From NCBI GenBank assembly GCA_965112735.1, contig OZ218956.1, positions 1,240,001-1,304,000 of the forward strand: 64,000 bases of DNA, read 5' to 3'. The notes beneath the pieces are model-generated. The model did no database searches and was not told where the DNA came from. It saw only the letters and a program-made list of their open reading frames with translations. Position numbers and translations under genes: made by a program. Within the stretch, counting starts at the first letter, position 1; the number at the start of each line of letters is the position of its first letter. Of the stretch, positions 54,825 through 64,000 are shown in pieces. This stretch comes from Phaeosaccion multiseriatum. Its lineage: Eukaryota; Protista; Ochrophyta, other classes.

Positions 54825-56731
54825 CTCCTTTGCCTGAGAAGGGAGAACATACAACAAAGTTTCGGCAGAGTGGGGGGGAGAGTGTGAGGCGTAGCACAGA
54901 GAGAAAAAATGGAAGGGGCATCTTCCTTCCTTCCTTCCTTCCTTAGAGAGAAAAAATGGAAGGGGCATCTTCCTTCCTTCCTTCTTTCCTTCCTGCCTTC
55001 CTTCCGTCCTTCCATCCACTGTGGGGCTCGTCCTCTGGTACTTCTTTCTCTCACCCTCACCCACACACGCACCCACCCACCCTCCACACAGACAGACAGA
55101 CAGACCGACAGACACCCACCCACCCTCCCACTCACCAGCACATCCATCCACCCATTCACCTACACACACTCCCTCTCACCCACTACACACACGCACACGC
55201 ACACGCACACGCACACACACAACCCCCCCGCTGACCTTGTCCTTGTCGGCCCTCTGTTGCCTCCCCTTGGCGCCGCTGACCCAATCCAAGATGGGCTCAT
55301 GCAAGAACACATCCATTGTGTTGCAGAGCACCTCTCGGGAGGCGCGCAAGGCCGTGAGAGTGCTGGCCATGTGGTGCTGAAGGAGTCCCAGAGTGTCCAG
55401 AGGCTGCAGGAGGGCCGTGAACTGGAAGGGGGGAGGGGGGAGGGGGGAGGCAGGGAGGGAGGGAGGAAGGAAGGGGGAGGGAGGAAGGGAGAGAGGGAGG
55501 CAGGGGGGAGGGAGGGAGAAGGGAGGCGTGGGTGAAGGGAGGGGAGGGGAGGGGGGAGGGGGAGGGGGGGAGGGGGGGGGAGGGAGGGAGGGAGGGAGGA
55601 GGAGCGAGCCTTGTTTTCAAATATGCATGTGCACACCACCACACACTCTCTCTTCTCTCTCTCTGTCACACAATGCACACACACGCACACACACGCGCAC
55701 ACACACGCGCACACACACGCACACACACACACACGCACACACACACGCACACACACACGCACACACACATACACACACACACACACATACACGCACACAT
55801 GCACACGGCATTGGCAGCACTACACACAGCACGGCAGAGCACAGCACAGCTTAGGCACAGGCCATTGTCACTCTCCCAACACGCACGCACGCACGCACGC
55901 ACGCACGTACGCGCCCACTTAAGATACCTATATACGATGCCATGCCATACCATACATGTACCTTGTACCTGCTTTGTGAGGCGGAAGGGGATGATCTCCG
56001 GTACGGGCAGAAGGGACGTCGCGTGTCCGAAGGCGGCCCCCCAATCGATGCCCACCACCTTCGGGGAGGCGGCAGGGAGGCGGTGGGAAAGGGAGGGAGG
56101 TGGGGGAGGCAGGAAAGGGAGGGAGGTGGGGGAGGCAGGAAAGGGAGGGAGGTGGGGGAGGCAGGAAAGAGAGGGAGGTGGGGGAGGCAGGAAAGAGAGG
56201 GGAGTGAGGTGAGGCGAGGGGGGCGACGGAAGCGACAAAGGGAAGGGAGAGAGGGAAGGAGGGCTGCAGAGCTCCATGTCATTCAACGCACACAAAAGGC
56301 GTCAAGACAAGTCGGTCTCTCTCACCTCGCCCGAGCCGCAGTCCAGGAGGAAGTTATCGAGGTGTCTGTCTCCGATACCCGTGAGGTAGGAGGCGATGGT
56401 CAGCACGGACAGAGACTTGGCGAACTTGTCCCGCAGCGTCAGGAAGGCTTCCGGGCTAGGCGCCATATCCTTTGGTCCGGGGGGGGGGGGGCAGCACAGA
56501 GCAAAGAGGGGAGAGGCCGGACCGACGGGGGAGGGTCGAGAGAAGGACCGAGGGAAGCCGAGAGACAAGGGGCAAGGGGCAGGGGCAGGCAGGAAGTAGA
56601 GAAGCAGCAGCAGAGCAGCAGCAGCAGCAGTTGGTGATACATCAACTTTGGGAGCGAGGGGTGATGACTACGGACTCGGCTCTGTTACGCACAGCGAAGC
56701 AGAACAAAGCCCCAAACGGAGCAAAAGACCC

Positions 56732-56788
<57 letters not shown>

Positions 56789-59663
56789 AGCAACAACAAC
56801 AATAACAACGACAATAACATGGACGGGAGGATGAACCCGCGCAGGCTCTGCCTCCAGCTCCAGCTCCAGTAGGTACTGGGTGTGCGTATCGACCCACCCA
56901 CTCACCCACTCACCCACTCCCGCCCGCCCTCCCTCCCTCCCTCCCTCCCTCCCTCCCTCCCTCCCTCCCTCCCTCCCTCCCTCCCTCCCTCCCTCCCTCC
57001 CTTTCTCCCTCCCTCCCTTCCTCCCTCCCCCCCGTCCCTCACCAGCAGATGCCCTCGCAGTGCGGTGCCCGGCACCATCCCCTCGACATCTCTGAACACC
57101 TTGACCACCTCCTCCCGGCCCTTCTTCACGAACATGGAGTGGAACGTCTTGGCGCTCACGTCTCCTCCGAGGAGCTTGTGCATGTACGCCCTACAGAGGG
57201 GAGAGCAGGGGGGTGAGGGTGGGCGGGTTGGGGTGGGTGGGATGGCTGTGAGGGTTTGGGTGTATGGGCGTGTGGGTGAGTGGATGTGGGCGTGTGGGTG
57301 GGTGTGGGTGAAGGGGTGGGCGTGTGTGGGGACGGCAAGAAGAAGCAGAGCCAAGGGGCAAGAGAGAAGGGGGGCTGACGAGACGACAGCTAGATGGCAG
57401 CTGGACGACAGCTGGACGACAGCTGGAGGAGGCGGCGGGAAGCAAGGACTATGCCCAGAGAGGAAGGAGGAGAAAGAAAGAGGTTCGGGCACTCCATTGA
57501 CTCTAACCCAGTCCCACTCCACTTATCCTGCACCCTTTCTCCCTCCCCCTCCCTCCCTACTCTGCCGTGCTCACTTGGTCGCCCGCGTCTCCGCAAGCCG
57601 CACAGTCACAGGGCCCTGCTTGGGCTTGGGCTTGGCTGCTCCCCGGCTTTTGCCGCTCGCGGGCAGGCCTTCCTCTCGGGCGAGAAAGGCTCGGTCCTGA
57701 GGGTTGAGTGAGTGAGTGAGTGAGTGGGTGGGTGGGTGGGTAGGTGAGTGAGTGCGTGAGTGAGGGAGTGAGTGAAGAGGGAGTGATTGAGTGAGTAAAG
57801 GAGTGAGTAAGTGAGTGATTGCTTGGAGGAATAAGAGCAATGCCAAGCACAACGAGACAAAAGACTACCCTATCGTACGGAGTCCGTCAGTTCTACCCAT
57901 ATGCCTGTGCTCTGTTCTGCTCCGATCCGATCCGCGACTGCCTGGAGACTTCCAGTCCAACTCCGTCCCTACCTCCCTCTCTTCGCACCTCCCTCGCCAC
58001 TTCCTCCCTCCCTCCCTCCCTCCCTCCCTCCCTCCCTCCCTCCCTCCCTTCCTTCCTTCCTTAGTTAGTTACTTCCTCCCTCCCGCCCTCCCCCCCTTCC
58101 TCCCTCCCTCCCTGCCTCCCCCTCCCCCACCTTGGCCAGCTGCCCCTCGATAATCCCCTTGAGAGGCCTCGTGTCATCCACCCACTGCACCAAGCCGATC
58201 CCACTGCTCATGGGGACGACGCTGAAGGTCCGGAGAGAGAGGTCAGAGCGCAGACAAGTGGCGTCCGCACGAAGCACCGCGTTCATGGCCTCAAACAGGC
58301 TCTCCACCCTCTCGTCCAGGCGAAGGTCCTCTCCTCTGCATCCATGGATAGTTCACAAATGGCATGTGATGAGGGTATAGTTAGTGGGGTGTGGTGTGGT
58401 GGTATGTTGTGTGTGAGATGGCCTCCTTCTCTCCCTCCCCTCCTCCCTCCCTTCCCATCCCTCCTCCTCACCCCTTGACGAGGAAGTACCGATCCTTCTC
58501 TGCGCTCTCGTGCACAAGAAGCCGCTTGGGTTTCCGCATCGACGCCATAGTGAGCAGCTGCGGCCCGAAGGAAGCCACCACAGAGCGGGGCTGCCCACTC
58601 AGGAGCCCTGGGGGGGCGCAGTCCACGCTCGAGCTACTGCCGCCACTGGTGCTGCCGATCGTTCCCGGACCGTACTGACCGGGCACTTCCAAAGGAGTGT
58701 CTGCAGGGTCGTAGTCGGCTAGCCAGGATGAGAAGTCTGCGTGTTGGGGGAGGGAGAGGAGAGGGAGGGGAAGAGGAGGGCAGAGAAGAGAGGAGAGGAG
58801 GGGAGAGGAGAGGAGACGACAGGAGAGGAGGTTGGAGGAGAGGAGACGAGACGAGAGGGAAGAGGGGATCTTTGAGGAGGGGTAACAGAGAGCCCTGAAT
58901 GAAATGCCTACGTGGGTAGGCAGGTGTAGGCTGCTAAGAGGATGGTAGGTAGATACGCAGGTGGGTAAGTGGGAAAGTGGTTGGGTGGGAAGGTAGGTGG
59001 GTGGGTAGATATACCTGCGAGCCTGACGGTACCCGCTCGAATCCGTTGCATATCTTCCGCCAGCTGTGAATGCAGCTTGTGCAGCGTTTCATAAGAGGCC
59101 GCCTTGCAATCGGCACCACCCACAAAGCGCTTCCAATGGGGCCTCCACTTGCGGGCGAATTGCGCGTTGTAGGCACCCACCTGAGCCATTTGTGAGTCGT
59201 TGGAGAGAGTCGTGGGAGAGTGCAGTTAGACACATACAAAAAGAAAAACGAGAGACACACAAGCATGCAGTCACTCACGCCCTCCCTCCCTCACTTACTC
59301 ACTCACTCACTCACTCACTCACCTTCTTCCCCACACCCGGCTTGGTCTCCTCGAGGCAATCGTCCTTAACTTCATTGAGAATCTCGAGTAACAGCTCCAT
59401 TTGGTGTTTCTTTTCCTCCTCCGATTGACCCTCTCCTCCTCTTCCCCCAGCTGCTGCTGCTGTTGCTGCTCCTTTCTTTCCCTTCTTCACCTGTCTCGCG
59501 AGTAGTGCAGGCAAATACGCACACAGTCAACAAATAAGACAGTGGAAGCATATGGTAGAGGCTCTGAGCGGGAGCTCTGTCAAGGCATCTCATATAGAGC
59601 TTGAGAAGAGCAGAACGCCTCAAGGAAGTAGTTAAGTAAGGAAGACTATAGGGAGGGCACACA

Positions 59664-59695
<32 letters not shown>

Positions 59696-61699
59696 CCGGC
59701 TTCGGGCAGGCAGAGAGTGCTCGTTTGAGGCCGTCGGCAAGGCGTAGCTCGGGGTGGTGCAGGCCCCTTGTTGCAGTTACAAAGGAGGACATGGCCTCGT
59801 CGGACAGCAGGGCAGCCAGTTTGAGGCAGCGGTGAAGCACAGGGGGGCTCATGGACTCGCGGGTGATGTTGAACTGTGTAGGGTTGGGGAGAGGGCGGAG
59901 AGGGAGGGAAGGGAGGGAGAAGGAGAAGGAAGAGGGGGCGGTAGAAGGAGAGGTAGAGAGTGGGAGGGAGAGTGGGAGGGAGAGTGGGAGAGAGAGGGAG
60001 AGAGAGGGCACAATGAGCAAGGAGTGGAGGAGAAGGTCTTGCCGCAGAATGAGCAAGAAGCGTAGAAGAACGTCTTTCCTTGATATTCCGCTGATGTACG
60101 TACGCACCTGGTAGAACATGGCTCTGGGATAATCGGCGGCCACACGCTCCAGGACCTGGGCAGAGGCACATGAGCAGAGGCATATGGGCAGAGGCACATG
60201 AGCAGCGGCATAGGGGCAGAGGCATATGGGCAGAGGCATATGGGCAGCGGCATATGAGCAGAGGCATATGAGCAGAGGCATATGAGCAGAGGCATATGGG
60301 CAGAGGCATATGGGCAGAGGCATATGAGCAGAGGCATATGAGCAGAGGCATAGGGGTAAAGGCATATGGGCAGAGGCATATGGGCAGAGGCATATGGGCA
60401 GCGGCATATGAGCAGAGGCATATGAGCAGAGGCATATGGGCAGAGGCATACGGGCAGAGGCATATGAGCAGAGGCATATGAGCAGAGGCATAGGGGTAAA
60501 GGCATATGGGCAGAGGCATATGGGCAGAGGCATATATGGGCAGAGGCATATGAGCAGAGGCATATGGGCAGAGGCATACGGGCAGAGGCATATGGGCAGA
60601 GGCATATGGGCAGAGGCATATGGGCAGAGGCATATGAGCAGAGGCATACGGGCAGAGGCATATGGGCAGAGGCATATGGGCAGAGGCATAGGGGTAAAGG
60701 CATAGGGGCAGAGGCATATGGGCAGAGGCATATGGGCAGAGGCATATGGGCAGGGGCATATGGGCAGAGGCATATGGGCAGAGGCATAGGGGTAAAGGCA
60801 TATGGGCAGAGGCATATGGGCAGAGGCATATGGGCAGAAGCGTAGGGGCAGAGGCATAGGGGCAGAGGCATAGGGGCAGAGGCATATGGGTAGAGGGAGA
60901 GAGGCACAAGGGTAAAAAGCGGCGAAGCGGCACAGCGATGAAAGCATTCGACTTCGTCTTCTTCGCTGCTGTGCTCGATCGAGACGACCAAGCCAGACCC
61001 CCCTCTACCTCCTCCACCGGTCAGTCAGTCAGTCCGTCAACAGCAGGCCCCTCACTCTCACTCACCTCCAGCACCACTGATCCCTCGGGGCTACTGAGCA
61101 TGGCCAGAAGCTGTGATGTCCACTGGAGGAAGCGCCAGCTAGACACGTGAGCAGCTTCCTCCCGGAACACTGATGGGACGATGGCAGTGGATGGATAGGA
61201 TGCGTCAATGGCAGCGGATGAAGGGGATGGGTCGATGGCAGTGGATGGATGGGATGCGTCGATGGCAGTGGATGGATGGGATGCGTTGATGGCAGTGGAT
61301 GGATTGGATGGCCGAGGCAGTGGATGGAGGGGATGGGTCGATGGCAGTGGACGCTGGGACGGTCGATGGCAGAGGATGGACCGATGCGTCGCCAATCGCC
61401 TGCTGTTTGGTGCTGTGCAAACAAGGACCTCTCTCTCCACTCTCTTATATGTGCGGGTGTTAGCGTGTGTACATGTCTCGCTCTCCCCCTCTCCCTCCCC
61501 CTCTCCACCTCTCACCTTTTCGTGTGTGTGCGTGCGTGGACAAGAGGTGCAGCACGGAAGGGAAGAGGTCCGACGCCTGACGGCTACCGAGCCGAAGCGC
61601 TTGCACGTACCTGTAGCCGTTAGTCATACAGTCAAGCAACGCACCAGCACCGCACAGGACAGCACAATGAAGCCGAACAAGGGTGGGAGGGGGGGGGGT

Positions 61700-61737
<38 letters not shown>

Positions 61738-62184
61738 GAGGGAGAGGGTAGGACGTGTCGCGACGGCTTCCTTCGCAAGGCTCACAATTGGATGCAGCAA
61801 CACACAGCAGTTGGTGATACTACAAATCAACAAAGCCCCTAAGGCTCGCTTTACCTCTTGACGGCCATTCCCGCCATCCCTCCATCTTGCACAAGCGCAG
61901 GGTTGTCTACTTTGCCCTTCGCTCCCGCTGCGCCTCCTCCCCCCTTCTTATTCTTCCTCTCCCCACCCCCCCTTTCCTCCTCCTGCCCCTCCTCTTCCTC
62001 CCTCGCCAGCCCATCGCAGAACTTGGCAAACTGCAACAAACCCTCAGCTGTGGCCGCCATCATGGCCCGAGAGCCCTGCGTTTCTCCCCTCCCTCCCCTC
62101 CCTCCCCTTCTCTGTAGAGTCCCTCTCTGCTGCGGCCGCCCCTCCCTTCGCCCATCGTCGCCATCGCTGCCATTCCTCCTCCTC

Positions 62185-62228
<44 letters not shown>

Positions 62229-62480
62229 GTTGGTAGCGGCTGTGGCCACGCCTCCGTCTGCTGCAGAGTGCTTCTTGAGTATCGGCTCCGCGATGGCAGC
62301 CACCTCTTTATAGACAACCAACACGTCATCCACCGCCTCGGGCTGCTGCCGGTGATGGTGCTGCTCTTGCCTCCACTCCGTCTGGAGCAGGAGCAGCTTC
62401 AGTCGATTCAGGTCGTCCTTTTGCGCGGCCGCCTAAGGTGGAAGAAGAGAGCAGAGCCAACAACAACAGCGACGACGACG

Positions 62481-62558
<78 letters not shown>

Positions 62559-62575
62559 ACCACGACGACGACGGC

Positions 62576-62627
<52 letters not shown>

Positions 62628-62650
62628 CCAACACCAACACCAACAACACC

Positions 62651-62712
<62 letters not shown>

Positions 62713-64000
62713 GCAAGAGGAAAAGACTACACGTGAGCTGCTGAACAGAACAAAAAAATCCAAACAAAGAGCTTACAGGTTCATTCATAAGGAGTCGCGT
62801 GGCCCCTGCCCCCCCTGCCCTGCCCTCCCTACCCTGCCCCCCCCCCCCTCACCGCTTGCACCCGTTCGTCGATGAAGCGGAGCGAGCCAGTGATGACGGC
62901 CCGCGCCCCCTCGGGGTTGGTGGCGAAGTCTCCGCTCTTGAGGCGGGCCCAGTTCACGCGCGCTATTTGCGGGGCGGGAGTGGTCAGATCAGGATCGAAA
63001 CGCCGGATACCTGCGTGTGTGTATGTGTGTGTGTGTGTGCGAGTGTTTTTGAGTGTACGTGTGCGTGTGTGTATGTGTGAGAGAGAGAGAGAGGAGAACA
63101 GTCACCCTGACCCTCACTACCACCCTCACCCTCATCCTCACCCTCATCCTCACCCTCATCCTCACCCCCACTCACCCCCACTCACCCCCACTCACCCCCA
63201 CTCACCCCCACTCACCCCCACTCACCCCCACTCACCACCCTCCCACCCTGATTCTCTCTCCTCCCTTACCCTCAATGTACTTGTGTGCCAAGTCCAACAC
63301 GCCCTCCTCCACCGCGGCATCAGCGGCGCCCAGCAGCAGCCGCCCAAGATGAGCATCGATGGCACGGTTACACGCCAACCTGTCCTCTGGTGCCATCATC
63401 CTCGCCGTCCCAGTGCCCACGCTGCTCCCCCCCCTGCCTCCACCTCCAGCTCCACCCACACCCACGCCTCCTTCTCCTCCGATAAGGTTCGGGTTGCTGT
63501 TGTAGCCTTGCCGCAAGGCCTGGAGGCACCTCAGGCGAAGGGCCAGCACTCCGTTCCACACCGTGCTCGAATCGCGCTACCAGACACACAATATGGTCAA
63601 GAAGTAGGGTTGAGTTAGTTAGGTAGTTAGGTAGACAGGTAGGTTAGGTAGATGGATGGGTAGGTATGTAGGCAGGAAGATGGCTAGTAAGAGGAAGGAC
63701 ACGGACAGCGCAGCTGTAAAGCATCAGTGGAGCAGTAAAGCAGCAGAAAGAAGTAAGGAAAGAGGCAGCAGTCCTTCTTACCTTGATGGACGGACTCTGC
63801 ACCTCCCACCGCTTCAGCAGCGCCTCAATGGAGGGGCGGTCGCTCGCGTTGCTCTGCAGGGCCTTAAAGCCTGCCCAGTCGTGCATCTCCACGAGCAACT
63901 CGAGGCACTGCAGCTGCTGCTTGCGGGCAGCGGTGGCACAAAACGCGAGGCCTGACCAGCGGGACTGGTGGTGGTGTGGGTGGTGTGGTGATCAGATGGT
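53448..64000 (-). CDS. PRKDC: DNA-dependent protein kinase catalytic subunit (FAT-kinase-FATC part; 5' end beyond the window)
   Basis: EVPGQY, SMRKPKRL..FLVKGGEDLRLDERVESLF..MN, YLTGIGDRHLDNFL, GIDWGAAFGHAT..LPVPEIIPFRLT, MDVFLHEPILDW, FATC QVECLIDLATDPNVLGRHW. These match DNA-PKcs rather than TOR, ATM or ATR. Confidence 0.92.
53865..54515. repeat. ~39-bp minisatellite in a DNA-PKcs intron
   Basis: Repeated GAGTGTTTCTGTGAAGGGGAGTGGAGGAGAGGGAGAGGG units with no spacers. Confidence 0.9.
60157..60895. repeat. 15-bp minisatellite (GGCAGAGGCATATGG) in a DNA-PKcs intron
   Basis: About 50 units with patterned variants (ATATGA, ATACGG, GGGTAAA). Confidence 0.92.
61178..61385. repeat. ~27-bp minisatellite in a DNA-PKcs intron
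   Basis: Repeated GATGGCAGTGGATGGATGGGATGCGTC-like units. Confidence 0.8.

Noticed and set aside
59632-61017. Long ORFs (461, 433 and 380 aa) with C/P/Y/A/H/M repeats
   Set aside because: Translations of a stop-free 15-bp intronic minisatellite. Only the short internal DNA-PKcs exons are real.

Overview
Gene-dense, GC-rich eukaryotic nuclear DNA with GT-AG (and two GC-AG) spliceosomal introns filled with microsatellites. Two genes carry bipartite signal+transit peptides with Phe after the cleavage site, pointing to an alga with a secondary red plastid (ochrophyte, possibly eustigmatophyte; inference). Genes in order: DHHC palmitoyltransferase (-, partial), plastid FNR-like oxidoreductase (+), BTB-BACK-SPRY protein (+), plastid CNNM/CBS/CorC Mg transporter (-), Q-rich protein (+), phenylalanine hydroxylase (-), exocyst Sec10 (-), MORN-repeat protein (+), small membrane protein (-), candidate Atg38/NRBF2-like protein (-), DDM1/HELLS remodeler (+), two tandem intronless PPR genes (+), and the 3' part of DNA-PKcs (-). 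The most unusual signals are (1) a dispersed, frame-preserving 9-nt unit TTGGTGATA embedded in CAG tracts, with 8 exact CAGTTGGTGATA copies plus variants in introns and exons, almost all on the + strand; (2) a tandem pair of very regular PPR arrays with fixed ends, a variable middle, a shared frameshift-derived stop and a TIR-bounded MITE-like element just upstream; (3) G-rich 5'/C-rich 3' intron polarity. Exon boundaries were read by eye and are approximate unless stated. No database searches were run.
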